From: Mycolicibacterium smegmatis
Lineage (GTDB): Bacteria; Actinomycetota; Actinomycetes; Mycobacteriales; Mycobacteriaceae
Reading direction: 5' to 3'
Assembly (NCBI RefSeq): GCF_001457595.1
Contig: NZ_LN831039.1
Span: 4,800,001 to 4,832,000 of the forward strand
Length of the DNA: 32,000 bases
In this document: positions 9,520 through 24,033 of the stretch, in pieces
How positions within the stretch are numbered: the stretch's first letter is position 1
Layout: the number at the start of each line of letters is the position of its first letter
Notes under the pieces: model-generated
Told to the model about the DNA's origin: nothing
Database searches by the model: none
What the model saw: the letters and a program-made list of their open reading frames with translations, nothing else
Translations under genes and position numbers: made by a program

Positions 9520-10122
9520 GTGCCATCTCCCGCGTACTGGAATCACAACACCGCATACCACCCGTGGTTGCGGCGGATCGCCGCGCAACACCGCGGCGAC
9601 GTCCTGGACGTGGGATGCGGTGACGGCCTGCTCGCGCAGCGGCTCGCGCCGGTCTCACGGTCGGTGACCGCGATCGAACCGGATCCCCAGACACTGCAAC
9701 GTGCCTGGGTCCGTCTTGCGCACCTGCCCAATGTGACTGTGGCCCAGAACGATTTCGACACCTTCGACCCGGGGACCCACCGCTTCGACGTCGTCACCAT
9801 GGTCGCGACCCTGCACCACATGGACCTGCGTGCCGCGTTGTCCAAGGCGCGAGAACTGCTCACCCCGACCGGCGAGATCGCGGTGGTGGGGCTGTCGGCC
9901 AACAAGACCCTGCGGGACTGGGCGTGGTCGGGATTGTGCCTGCCTGCGGTGCGGCTGGGATCGTTCTGTCACCGCGAGACCCGTGACATCGGGGTGCCGG
10001 TCGCCGAACCGGCCGAGAATCTCGACGAGATCCGCCGGGTCGCCGCCGACGTGCTACCGGGCGCGATGATCCGGCGGGCCCTGTACTACCGCTACCTGCT
10101 GCGCTGGCAGCCCGCGAACTAA
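9520..10122 (+). CDS. Class I SAM-dependent methyltransferase
   Basis: Motif [10 protein letters not shown], then VTAIEPD and [13 protein letters not shown]. The start is probably GTG 9520 ([14 protein letters not shown]..); the track start at 9475 adds an unlikely extension. Confidence 0.85.
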   Translation: MPSPAYWNHNTAYHPWLRRIAAQHRGDVLDVGCGDGLLAQRLAPVSRSVTAIEPDPQTLQRAWVRLAHLPNVTVAQNDFDTFDPGTHRFDVVTMVATLHHMDLRAALSKARELLTPTGEIAVVGLSANKTLRDWAWSGLCLPAVRLGSFCHRETRDIGVPVAEPAENLDEIRRVAADVLPGAMIRRALYYRYLLRWQPAN

Positions 10123-10132
10123 GCTGGCCGCC

Positions 10133-10882
10133 GTGGCCGATTCCGTACTGGTCGAAACGTCCGACCGCATCGCTGTGATCACTGTCAACGATCCCGATCG
10201 CCGCAATGCGGTGACGTTCGAGATGTCCGCGGCGCTGCGCAGTGCCGTCGAGGCGGCCGAGGCCGATCCCGATGTGCACGCGGTGGTGGTGACCGGCGCG
10301 GGCAAGGCGTTCTGCGCGGGCGCGGACCTGGCCGCCCTCGGCACGGCGACCGAGGACGGGCTTCGCAAGATCTACGACGGCTTCCTGGCCGTCGCCCACT
10401 GCACACTGCCCACCATTGCCGCGGTGAACGGCGCCGCGGTCGGGGCTGGGCTCAATCTGGCGCTGGCGGCCGACGTGCGCATCGCCGGTCCGCACGCGCT
10501 GTTCGATCCGCGCTTCCAGAAGCTGGGGATCCACCCGGGCGGCGGCGCCACCTGGATGCTGCAGCGCGCCGTCGGGCCCGAGGTCGCGCGTGCGGCGCTG
10601 CTCTTCGGGATGCGGTTCGACGCCGAGGCCGCGGTTCGTCACGGCCTCGCGCTCACCGTGGCCGACGATCCCCTCGCCGCGGCCAGGGAACTGGCCTCAG
10701 GGCCGGCGAGCGCACCGCGCGAGGTCGTGCTGGCCACCAAGGCGTCCATGCGGGCGACCGCGAACCCCGGCGTGATCGACACCGATCAGCACCGCGCGGC
10801 CGTCGACATCGAACTGGGCCCGCAGGCCCGCTCGATCGAATCACCCGAGTTCGCCGCGCGTCTCGCCGCCCGGCGCAAGTGA
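10133..10882 (+). CDS. Enoyl-CoA hydratase/isomerase family protein (EchA14-like)
   Basis: 249 aa crotonase fold: [58 protein letters not shown]. Confidence 0.9.
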   Translation: MADSVLVETSDRIAVITVNDPDRRNAVTFEMSAALRSAVEAAEADPDVHAVVVTGAGKAFCAGADLAALGTATEDGLRKIYDGFLAVAHCTLPTIAAVNGAAVGAGLNLALAADVRIAGPHALFDPRFQKLGIHPGGGATWMLQRAVGPEVARAALLFGMRFDAEAAVRHGLALTVADDPLAAARELASGPASAPREVVLATKASMRATANPGVIDTDQHRAAVDIELGPQARSIESPEFAARLAARRK

Positions 10883-10884
10883 CC

Positions 10885-12117
10885 TCAGAGATCGAGGAGA
10901 GCCAGGTCGGGTTCCTCGATCAGCCCGCGTAGTTCGCCGAGGAACGCCGCGGCCTGGGCCCCGTCGGCGATGCGGTGGTCGAACACGCAGGTGAGCGACA
11001 TCGTCGGGCGGGCCACGACGGCTCCGTCGACCACGACGGGCCGCTCCCGCAGCGAGCCCATGCCGAGGATCGCGGCCTCGGGGTAGTTGATCACCGGAAC
11101 GCCGTCGTCGACGCCGAGCGCGCCGAAGTTCGACACCGTGAACGTCGACCCCGTCAGTTCGGCAGGCGACAGCGTGCCCGCGCGGGCGCTTTCGACGAGC
11201 CGGGCCACCGTGACCGCGAGTTGCCGCGTGGTCATGCCCTGCGCATCGCGCACCACTGGCACCAGCAGACCGCGCGGCGCGGCGACACCGATCCCCAGGT
11301 GCACCGCCGAGTGTTGATGGATCTGCGGGCCGCCGGTGGTCTCCATCCACGTCGCGTTGAGCACCTCGTGACGACGCAACGCGACGGTCAGCAGGCGCAG
11401 CGTCAGCACGAACGGCGTGACGGGCAGGTCGGGTTCGGCGTCGCGGATGCGGTCGCGCAGCCGCAGCAGCGCGGTGCAGTCGACGTCAACGCGTGCGTGT
11501 GCATCGGGGATCTCGCGGCGCGACAACGCCATTCGCCGCGCCATCTCGGCCTGCACGCCGCGCACGTCGCGGGTCTGCGACGGCTGAGCCGTGCCGGCGC
11601 TGTACGCCGCCGGGGATCTGCCCGCCGCGGCCAGCACGTCGTCGCGCGTGATGATGCCGTCTGGCCCGGATCCCGCACCCAACGCACCCAGGTCGACGCC
11701 GAGATCGGCGGCCAGTTTGCGCACGGGCGGCTTGGCACGTGCTCGCGGACCGTGCGTGCGGCGGCGGCTGGCATCCATCGAGTCGTCGGCGCCGTACCCG
11801 ACGAGCACCGACTTGCGTTGTGCGGCTTCACCGTTCCTCGAATGCGCCCCAGGATGCGCCTCGACCGGCTCGTCGGAGGACGTGGCGATACGCACCAGCA
11901 ACGACCCCACGGCAAGGATGTCCCCTGCCGCGCCGCCGAGCGCTTCCACCTTGCCTGCATACGGGCTGGGGATCTCGACCTCGGCCTTGTTGGTCTCGAC
12001 CGTGCACAGCGTCTGGTTCAACTCGACGGTGTCGCCGACGTCGACGTTCCAGCTGGTGATGGTCGCGTCCTGGAGGCCCTCACCGAGATCGGGCACCAGG
12101 AAGTCCCGGGTGCTCAC
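10885..12117 (-). CDS. bkdC: Branched-chain alpha-keto acid dehydrogenase E2, dihydrolipoyl acyltransferase
   Basis: Lipoyl domain [13 protein letters not shown]; peripheral-subunit-binding region; catalytic DHRIADG. GTG at 12117 overlaps the bkdB stop as GTGA. Confidence 0.93.
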   Translation of the reverse strand: MSTRDFLVPDLGEGLQDATITSWNVDVGDTVELNQTLCTVETNKAEVEIPSPYAGKVEALGGAAGDILAVGSLLVRIATSSDEPVEAHPGAHSRNGEAAQRKSVLVGYGADDSMDASRRRTHGPRARAKPPVRKLAADLGVDLGALGAGSGPDGIITRDDVLAAAGRSPAAYSAGTAQPSQTRDVRGVQAEMARRMALSRREIPDAHARVDVDCTALLRLRDRIRDAEPDLPVTPFVLTLRLLTVALRRHEVLNATWMETTGGPQIHQHSAVHLGIGVAAPRGLLVPVVRDAQGMTTRQLAVTVARLVESARAGTLSPAELTGSTFTVSNFGALGVDDGVPVINYPEAAILGMGSLRERPVVVDGAVVARPTMSLTCVFDHRIADGAQAAAFLGELRGLIEEPDLALLDL

Positions 12118-13190
12118 GGCTGCTCCATCGCGCGTTCGACGCAGTCGAGCAGTCGGTCCACGCCGGGCAGCCACAGCTTCTCGAGCCGGGCCGGTGGGTA
12201 GGGCGTGTCGAACCCGGTGGCCCGCAACACGGGAGCCTCAAGGTCGTAGAACAGCTCCTCGGAGATCCGTGCGGCCAGTTCGGCGCCGAAACCCAGTGTG
12301 CGTGGGCCTTCGTGCATCACCACGGCGCGACCGGTGCGCCGCACCGAATCCGCGACGGTGTCGAAGTCGAGCGGGTTGAGCGATCGCAGGTCGACCACTT
12401 CCATGCTCCAGCCGCGGTCCTCGGCGAGTTCGGCCGCCGACAGTGCGGTGGCGACCAGCCCGCCGTAGGTGATCACGGTGACGTCGGATCCGTTGCGCCG
12501 CACCGCGGCCCGGCCGATGGGCAGCGCCGGCGTGGTGGTGTCGACGGCCTCGCGGGCCCAGTAGCGGCGTTTGGGCTCCAGATAGATCACCGGGTCGGGG
12601 CTGCTGATCGATTCGCGCAGCAGCCAGTACGCGTCCGACGGCGTGGACGGCACGACGACCTTGAGGCCCGCGGTGTGCAGCCAGTAGGTCTCGGTGGATT
12701 CCGAATGGTGCTCGACGGCCCCGATCCCGCCGAACGACGGGATGCGCACCGTCACCGGCATGTCGATGTCGCCGTGGGTCCGCATCCGGTATTTCGCGAG
12801 ATGGCTGGCGATCTGGTCGAACGCCGGGTAGCTGAAGCCGTCGAACTGGATCTCCGGGACCGGGACGAAACCACGTATCGCGAAACCCACGGCGATGCCG
12901 ATGATCGCCGATTCGGCGAGCGGGGTGTCGAAACACCGTTCGGCGCCGAAGCTTTCGGTGAGCCCGTCGGTCACCCGGAACACGCCGCCGAGCGTCGCGA
13001 CGTCCTCCCCGAAGACCAGGACGCGCTCGTCGGCGGCCATCGCGTCGCGCAGCGCACGGTTGATCGCCTGCACCATGGTGAGTTCGGTGACTGCCGGGAC
13101 GGGAGCCTGGGCTGCAGCCGGGGTCAGGATGCTGCCCCACGGCTCGGGCGCGTCGCCCTGCGCCGCGGGTCGGTCGATGATCTGGGTCAT
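12114..13190 (-). CDS. bkdB: Branched-chain alpha-keto acid dehydrogenase E1 beta subunit
   Basis: MTQIIDRP..; [15 protein letters not shown]; [18 protein letters not shown]; typical E1-beta C-terminus [22 protein letters not shown]. Confidence 0.94.
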   Translation of the reverse strand: MTQIIDRPAAQGDAPEPWGSILTPAAAQAPVPAVTELTMVQAINRALRDAMAADERVLVFGEDVATLGGVFRVTDGLTESFGAERCFDTPLAESAIIGIAVGFAIRGFVPVPEIQFDGFSYPAFDQIASHLAKYRMRTHGDIDMPVTVRIPSFGGIGAVEHHSESTETYWLHTAGLKVVVPSTPSDAYWLLRESISSPDPVIYLEPKRRYWAREAVDTTTPALPIGRAAVRRNGSDVTVITYGGLVATALSAAELAEDRGWSMEVVDLRSLNPLDFDTVADSVRRTGRAVVMHEGPRTLGFGAELAARISEELFYDLEAPVLRATGFDTPYPPARLEKLWLPGVDRLLDCVERAMEQP

Positions 13191-13191
13191 C

Positions 13192-14304
13192 TCAGGCCTC
13201 CTTCGCCAACTCGGACAGCAACTGATCACGTTGACGCGCCAGTTCAGGTGTGATGTCGGCGTAGACCGTGTCGAACATCTCGGCCGGGTCGACGTCGGGT
13301 GCACCGACGATGGCGTCGCGCAACTCGGCGCACAGCCGCGAAGACCGCGCGGCCACCCGCTCTTCGAGGCGCTCGGTCCACACCCCGATGTTCTGCAGGT
13401 AGGTGCGGTACCGCGCGATGGGATCGCGCGCCGCCCACGCCTCGACCTCCTCGGCCGGGCGGTAGCGGGTCGGATCGTCGGAAGTGGTGTGCGGGCCCAT
13501 GCGGTAGGTGACGGCCTCGATCAGCGTCGGCCCCTCGCCGCGGCGGGCCCGCTCGGCGGCCTCGGACATCACCGCGTAGCAGGCGAGCACGTCGTTGCCG
13601 TCGACGCGGATGCCGGGCATGCCGTAGCCGATCGCGCGGTGGGCGATGGTCGGGCCGGCCTGCTGGCGGCTGACCGGCACGGAGATCGCCCACTGGTTGT
13701 TCTGGATGACGAACACGCACGGCGCGCGGAACACCGTGGCCAGGTTGAAGGCCTCGTGCGCGTCGCCTTCGCTGGTGGCGCCGTCCCCGAGGAACGCCAC
13801 GGTCACCGAGTCCTCGCCGAGACGCTGCGCGGCCATCGCCGCGCCGACGGCGTGCAGACCGTGGGTGCCGATGGGGATCGCAATGGGTGCGACGCACTTG
13901 TCGGTGAACGACAGGCCGCCGTGCCACTTGCCGCGCCACACCGCACCCATCTGGGCCGGCGTGATGCCGCGCAGCAGGAACGCGCCGATCTCGCGGTACT
14001 GCGGGAACAGCCAGTCGGTCTTTCGCAGGCACGCCGCCGCGCCGATCTGCGCGGCCTCCTGACCGCGGCACGACGCGAACAGCGCCAGCTCACCCTGTCG
14101 TTGCAGGTTGACGAACTCGACGTCGAGGTTGCGCGTGACGACCATCGATTCGTAGAGCCAGCTCAGCGTCTCCGGAGGGAGGTCGCGGCTGTAGCGCGAG
14201 GGGGGTCTGTCAGGTGAGGGTGAACCGTCGGCAGCAACCAACTGCACAGGTTCGGGGTCGAACCCGGTGTCGTACCCGGGCGCAGACGAATACTGCATGG
14301 CCAT
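13192..14304 (-). CDS. bkdA: Branched-chain alpha-keto acid dehydrogenase E1 alpha subunit
   Basis: TPP-binding E1-alpha motif VAFLGDGATSEGDAHEAFNLATVFRAPCVFVIQNNQWAISVP. ATG 14304 has GGAGG just upstream; the track start at 14328 is less likely. Confidence 0.94.
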   Translation of the reverse strand: MAMQYSSAPGYDTGFDPEPVQLVAADGSPSPDRPPSRYSRDLPPETLSWLYESMVVTRNLDVEFVNLQRQGELALFASCRGQEAAQIGAAACLRKTDWLFPQYREIGAFLLRGITPAQMGAVWRGKWHGGLSFTDKCVAPIAIPIGTHGLHAVGAAMAAQRLGEDSVTVAFLGDGATSEGDAHEAFNLATVFRAPCVFVIQNNQWAISVPVSRQQAGPTIAHRAIGYGMPGIRVDGNDVLACYAVMSEAAERARRGEGPTLIEAVTYRMGPHTTSDDPTRYRPAEEVEAWAARDPIARYRTYLQNIGVWTERLEERVAARSSRLCAELRDAIVGAPDVDPAEMFDTVYADITPELARQRDQLLSELAKEA

Positions 14305-14515
14305 ACCGCCTCCTTCAGGTGACGGCATGTTGCGCCGTCATTCCACGAGGTGCTCAGTGCGACGACGGGTCGAGCAAAACCCCAGGTGAGGGGACTCCGG
14401 TGGGGACCAGGGTGCGGTACCGGCCGGACGATGCGCTCGTCACGTCGCTGCACAGGGGCAAGGCCCATTATGCCAGCGGACGGCCGCGTGCTGTGACCGT
14501 CGCCACAATGTGTCG

Positions 14516-15328
14516 CTAACCGTTATCGGGTGCCAGCGCGGCGATGCGTTCGGCGCGACGCAGGACGGGCGCGTCGACCATCATGCCCTCGAATGCGAAG
14601 GCCCCCGGCTGCGTCTCGGCGGCCGCGAGCACCTCCCGCGCCCACCGCGCCTGCTCGGGCGTGGGCATGTAGCCCTCGCGGATCACCGCGACCTGGCTGG
14701 GATGGATGGCGACCTTGACGTCGAAACCGACCGCGACGGCATCGTCGACCTCGGCGCGCAGTCCGTCGAGATTCCTGATGTCGATGTACACCGAATCCAG
14801 GGCCTGCTTGCCGAAGGCCTTCGCCGCGAGCAGTGAGCGAGACCGGACGTACTTGGCGACGTCGCGGTAGGAGTCGTCGGGGAACCGGTTGTTCGTGCCG
14901 CCGAGGAAGCCGAACAGGTCTTCGGCGCCCCACATGACGCCCCAGGTGTTCGCGGCCGCGGCGGCCTCGTCGACCTTGAGCGCGCCCAGCGGGGTCTCGA
15001 CGATCAGCACGACCTCCAGCGGCGCCAGAGCGGTGACCTGTGCGGCAGATTCGCACTTGGGCAGCATGACGGTGGTGTACGCGGTCTGCGACAGCACGTC
15101 GAGGTCGAGTTTCTGCTCCGGTGAGTCACCGGGGTTGATGCGCACCACGGTACGCGCGGGATCCAGCGGTGTACTCAACAGCGCCTCGCGGGCGGCCGGT
15201 TTGTCGCCGGCCCCGTCCTCGAGGTCGAGGATCACCACATCGGCCGCCGCGGCGGCCTTCTCGAAACGTTCCGGACGATCTGCCGGGCAGAACAGCCACG
15301 CCGGGCCGGTGGTCGCCAGACCCATCAC
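14516..15328 (-). CDS. citE: HpcH/HpaI aldolase / citrate lyase beta-like (CitE-like) acyl-CoA lyase
   Basis: LFCPADRPERFEKAA..VVILDLEDGAGDKPAAR, VVLIVETPLG, AIHPSQVAVI. Start is GTG 15328 or ATG 15325, overlapping the MaoC stop. Confidence 0.9.
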   Translation of the reverse strand: MMGLATTGPAWLFCPADRPERFEKAAAAADVVILDLEDGAGDKPAAREALLSTPLDPARTVVRINPGDSPEQKLDLDVLSQTAYTTVMLPKCESAAQVTALAPLEVVLIVETPLGALKVDEAAAAANTWGVMWGAEDLFGFLGGTNNRFPDDSYRDVAKYVRSRSLLAAKAFGKQALDSVYIDIRNLDGLRAEVDDAVAVGFDVKVAIHPSQVAVIREGYMPTPEQARWAREVLAAAETQPGAFAFEGMMVDAPVLRRAERIAALAPDNG

Positions 15329-15821
15329 GCCTCTCCTTCCGGACGCATCCGCACCATGGTCTTGCGCTGGGCGGTCGCCACGATGTCACCGTGCTGGTTA
15401 CGGCCGGTGTGCGCGAAAGTCAGGATGCCCTCCCCCGGCCTGCTCTTGGAGGCGCGCTTCTCCAGGATCTCGGTCTCGGCGTAGAGCGTGTCGCCGTGGA
15501 AAAGCGGTTTGGGAAAGGAGATCTCGGAGAATCCCAGGTTGCCGACGATGGTGCCCTGCGTCAGCTGGGCCACCGAGAGACCGACCAGGGTGGACAGCGT
15601 GAACATCGAGTTCACCAGACGCTGGTTGAACGGCGGCAGCGCATCGGAGAACGCCGCATCCAGGTGCAGCGCCTGGGTGTTCATGGTCAGCGTGGTGAAC
15701 AGGACGTTGTCGGCCTCGGTGATGGTGCGCCCGGGACGGTGTTTGTAGACCACACCGATCTCGAACTCCTCGAACCAGAGACCGCGTTGCTCCACCACCT
15801 TCTTCGCGCCCACTGCATCCG

Positions 15822-15825
<4 letters not shown>
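15325..15825 (-). CDS. MaoC-like (R)-specific enoyl-CoA hydratase/dehydratase
   Basis: [60 protein letters not shown].., a hot-dog-fold hydratase pattern. True start is GTG 15825, overlapping the fadE19 stop; the 289 aa track ORF is an N-terminal over-extension. Confidence 0.92.
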
Positions 15826-20589
<4,764 letters not shown>

Positions 20590-20619
20590 TTGTCCATACC
20601 CCTACCTCCGGAGCCCGTT

Positions 20620-21225
20620 ATGTCGTCCGTGACGCGCCGCAGCCAGGCCAAATCGGACCGGCGCAGCCAGCTGATCGCCGCGGCCGAACGTCTCGTGGCC
20701 GAGCGCGGCTACCTCGCCGTGCGGCTCGAGGACATCGGCGCGGCCGTCGGGGTCAGCGGCCCCGCCATCTACCGGCACTTCCCCAACAAAGAGGCCATGC
20801 TGGTCGAATTGCTGGTGGGTATCAGCACACGCCTGCTCGACGGTGCCCGCGAGGTCGTCGAGACCCACGACGACCCGGCCAAGGCTCTCGACGCGCTGGT
20901 GGACTTCCACCTCGACTTCGCGTTCGACGAATCCGACCTGATCCGCATCCAGGACCGCGACCTCGCCCATCTGCCCGACACCGCCAAACGGCAGGTGCGC
21001 CGCGCGCAGCGGCAGTACGTCGAGATCTGGGTGTCGGTGCTGACGCGGCTGCGGCCCGACCTGCCCGAAGAAGAGGCCCGCGTCATGGCGCACGCCACCT
21101 TCGGGCTGCTCAACTCGACTCCGCACAGCGTCAAACCCGCTGTGTCCAAGGCACAGTCGAGCACCGCGCAGTCGCGTGGGGTGCTGCGGAGGATGACCGT
21201 CGCGGCGCTCACCGCGACGGGCTGA
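20620..21225 (+). CDS. TetR/AcrR family transcriptional regulator
   Basis: N-terminal HTH: RRSQLIAAAERLVAERGYLAVRLEDIGAAVGVSGPAIYRHFPNKEAMLVELL. ATG 20620 preceded by CCGGAG; the track uses TTG 20590. Confidence 0.92.
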   Translation: MSSVTRRSQAKSDRRSQLIAAAERLVAERGYLAVRLEDIGAAVGVSGPAIYRHFPNKEAMLVELLVGISTRLLDGAREVVETHDDPAKALDALVDFHLDFAFDESDLIRIQDRDLAHLPDTAKRQVRRAQRQYVEIWVSVLTRLRPDLPEEEARVMAHATFGLLNSTPHSVKPAVSKAQSSTAQSRGVLRRMTVAALTATG

Positions 21226-21229
21226 GCTC

Positions 21230-23116
21230 TCAGGCGGTGAACGCCTTGACCAGCCAGCGTTCCATGGCGTCGACGAGCACCGCGCGGTTCTCACGCTTGA
21301 TGATCTCGTGACCGTCGTCGGCGAACATCAACAATTCGACCGGGCGCCCGAGGTCGTGCAGCGCGTCGTACATCTGCAGCGACTCGCTCGGCGGCACGTT
21401 GGTGTCGTTGGCGCCGTGCACCAGCAGCAGCGGAGCGGTCAGCGCGTGCGCGCGCGGCAGTGGCGACAGCTTCTCCAGCAGGTCCCGGTCGGCGACGGGG
21501 TGGCCGTACTTGGGATAGGCCGCCGCGGCGATCCACGGTTCGGTGTTGCGGTAGAAGGTGTTCAGATCGCTCATACCGCAGATGCTGATGCCCGCGGCGA
21601 ACAGTTCGGGATGGAACGTCAGCGCGGCCAGCGTGAGATACCCGCCGTATGACCAACCCGTGCAGGCGATCTTGTCGGCCGGTGCCAGACCCTTGTCGAC
21701 GAGGTACTGCACGCAGTCGGCGACGTCGTCGATGGCCGCGAAGCGTCGTTCCTTGTCGTCGGCGTGCATGAACGCGCGCCCGAATCCGCCGGAGCCGCGC
21801 ACATTCGGCGTCAGCACGGCGATACCGGCCTCCAGCAGTTGCGGATAGAACTCGTTGTACTCCGGGCGCGCCTGTCCCTCGGGACCGCCGTGCAGGAACA
21901 GCATCGCGCCGATTGGTTCGGTGTGCGGCCAGTACAGCCACGAGTTGAGCTCAAGACCGTCGCGCGCGGTGATCATCTCCAATGTCGGTGTGCCCGTCAC
22001 GGGCCCGCCGCTGGGCTCGCGGTCGATGCGTTCCCACTCTCGGGTGCGCGGGTCGACCAGTTCGACCGTCGGCGGCAGCGACGGACCCTGCACGGTCATC
22101 GCCACCATGGAACCGCCCGCGCTGATGCTCAACTGGCTGGCCACCATGCCCGGCAGCGGAATCGGTTCCGACAGTGTCTCATCGGCGTACTCGAGGATCT
22201 GCAGTTCGCTGCGGCCGTCGACGTTCCACAGCATGGCCACGGTGGACAGATCGTCGCTGACCACGAACTCGTCGAGTTCGTACCCGGGGCGCTCGGCCAC
22301 CACGTGGTAGGAGACGCCGTCGGCGGTGACGGTGACCTCGAGCAGGCGCGCGTGGGACGCGCCGTTCTCGCTGCGGATCAATGCCCGCACGTAACCCTCG
22401 GTGGTGCCCTCGGTGGTGTGGGACTCCCCGTCGGCCTGGAAGTACTTGTGCGGTTCCATCAGGGTGACCGTCTCGCCGTCCAAGCCGGAGCGCACGCGCC
22501 GCGGGCTGTGGTCGTCGAGAATCACACCGTAGTCGGTGGTGGAGCCGGGATCGTAAGGCAGCAGGGCGATTTCGCGCTGACCCCACAGCATGATCAACTC
22601 GCGGTAGCCGCGCGGGCCCACCCGGATGAGCGAAGCACCCTGCCACGAGTCGACGAGCCTGCCGCTCGAGCGGCGATCGAGCACCGTCGTCTCGCCGGTG
22701 CCCGGATCGATCAGGCACGAACTGCCGACCCCGTCGTCACCGGTGAGGATGGCGGCCACCTTGGTGCCGTCCCAGCCGATCAACTCGGCGGTGCCCTCGG
22801 TGCCGTCGGGCCACGAGTCGATGCGGCGTGCGTCACGATCGTCGGGATCTGTGGTCACCACCCAGATCTGGCTGCGGGTCGCACCTTCGGGAGCGACCTC
22901 ACAGGCCAGCCAGTGACCATCGGCCGAGTGCAGGACACGAAGGACCGGGCCGACGACGGGAAGTTCGACGTCACGCGACGAACTCGCACGCCATCCGCGC
23001 AGGAAGCGCTGCACGGCCCGCGGGAAACCGCCGTCGTCGACCAGATGCGCGAACGCCGTCGCATCCGGCGACAACGACGCGCCGTAGTTCACCCGAACGT
23101 GCCGTTCCGCGCTCAC
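21230..23116 (-). CDS. S9 family prolyl oligopeptidase / acylaminoacyl-peptidase-like
   Basis: Beta-propeller-like N-terminal region, then LFLHGGPEGQ, CTGWSYGGYLTLAA (nucleophile Ser), HGANDTNVPPSES, ADDGHE. GTG 23116 has GGGAGGAG upstream. Confidence 0.9.
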   Translation of the reverse strand: MSAERHVRVNYGASLSPDATAFAHLVDDGGFPRAVQRFLRGWRASSSRDVELPVVGPVLRVLHSADGHWLACEVAPEGATRSQIWVVTTDPDDRDARRIDSWPDGTEGTAELIGWDGTKVAAILTGDDGVGSSCLIDPGTGETTVLDRRSSGRLVDSWQGASLIRVGPRGYRELIMLWGQREIALLPYDPGSTTDYGVILDDHSPRRVRSGLDGETVTLMEPHKYFQADGESHTTEGTTEGYVRALIRSENGASHARLLEVTVTADGVSYHVVAERPGYELDEFVVSDDLSTVAMLWNVDGRSELQILEYADETLSEPIPLPGMVASQLSISAGGSMVAMTVQGPSLPPTVELVDPRTREWERIDREPSGGPVTGTPTLEMITARDGLELNSWLYWPHTEPIGAMLFLHGGPEGQARPEYNEFYPQLLEAGIAVLTPNVRGSGGFGRAFMHADDKERRFAAIDDVADCVQYLVDKGLAPADKIACTGWSYGGYLTLAALTFHPELFAAGISICGMSDLNTFYRNTEPWIAAAAYPKYGHPVADRDLLEKLSPLPRAHALTAPLLLVHGANDTNVPPSESLQMYDALHDLGRPVELLMFADDGHEIIKRENRAVLVDAMERWLVKAFTA

Positions 23117-23234
23117 TCGTCTCCTCCCAGGCCGGACGGCCGTATGCGGCAAGCGTGCCACACCGATGGCTACCCTCGACTCCGTCTCGGCACACTGTGC
23201 AGTCGCACAGGTACCCTGCAGCCATGAGGTGGGC

Positions 23235-24032
23235 ATGACCGATTCACCACGCCGCGACGGCAACGAACCGACCCAACAGTTCGGAAGCGGCTATCCCGTC
23301 GAATATCCCGATCCGGCGTACGCGAACCAGACCCCGTACGGCGGCGGGTACCCGGCTGCGCCTAATCCGGTGTCCAATCCCCCGGCCAACCCGCAGCCCA
23401 CCCAGCAGATGCCGGCGTACCCGCCCTACGGTTACGACCCGTACGCCTCAGGTCAGTACGGCTCGGGTCAGTACGGCGGATTCCCGCCTGCCGGGCCACC
23501 TCCGGAGCCCGAGCCCGAGGACCGCGAACCCCGCATGTGGCTGTGGGTGCTCGCGGCGCTCGCCGTGCTCGTCGTGGTGGGCCTGGTGATCGCGCTCGTC
23601 ATCGCCAACGGCTCGCGGCAGGAGACCGTCGTCGCGCCGCCGGTGTCACCACAGCCCAGCTTCAGCGAGCCCACCACCACGGCACCCTCGCCGTCGCGGA
23701 CGCCGCGTCCCGTGCCCGTGCCGCCCCGCACCTCCGCGCCCACCTCGCCCACGACACCGGGCGCCACCGAGACCGTGGTGTACGAGGTCGCCGGTGAGGG
23801 CCGCGCGATCAACATCACCTATCTGGACACCGGCGGCATGCTGCAGACCGAGTTCAACGTGCTGCTGCCGTGGAGCAAGCAGGTCGAACTGCCCGAGCCC
23901 GCGAAAGAGACCGCGAGCGTGAGCGTGCTGAACTTCGGTCCCGAGGTGTCGTGCACCGTGACCGTCGACGGCCTCCAGACGCAGCATCGGACCGGTTCCG
24001 GCCTGACGATCTGCGTCGGCACCATGCGGTAG
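23235..24032 (+). CDS. Proline-rich single-pass membrane protein (Rv2507-like)
   Basis: MTDSPRRDGNEPTQQFGSGYPVEYP..: Pro/Gly/Tyr-rich cytosolic region, one TM segment (MWLWVLAALAVLVVVGLVIALVIA), Pro/Ser/Thr linker, small extracytoplasmic domain with two Cys (SCTVTV, LTICVG). Confidence 0.82.
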   Translation: MTDSPRRDGNEPTQQFGSGYPVEYPDPAYANQTPYGGGYPAAPNPVSNPPANPQPTQQMPAYPPYGYDPYASGQYGSGQYGGFPPAGPPPEPEPEDREPRMWLWVLAALAVLVVVGLVIALVIANGSRQETVVAPPVSPQPSFSEPTTTAPSPSRTPRPVPVPPRTSAPTSPTTPGATETVVYEVAGEGRAINITYLDTGGMLQTEFNVLLPWSKQVELPEPAKETASVSVLNFGPEVSCTVTVDGLQTQHRTGSGLTICVGTMR

Positions 24033-24033
24033 C

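Noticed and set aside
10975-12201. 408 aa plus-strand ORF antisense to bkdC (likewise 12895..14217, 14889..15602, 15906..17030, 17003..19009, 19135..20526, 21764..23227, 24418..25359)
   Set aside because: All lie opposite strongly supported metabolic genes and have shadow-ORF composition.
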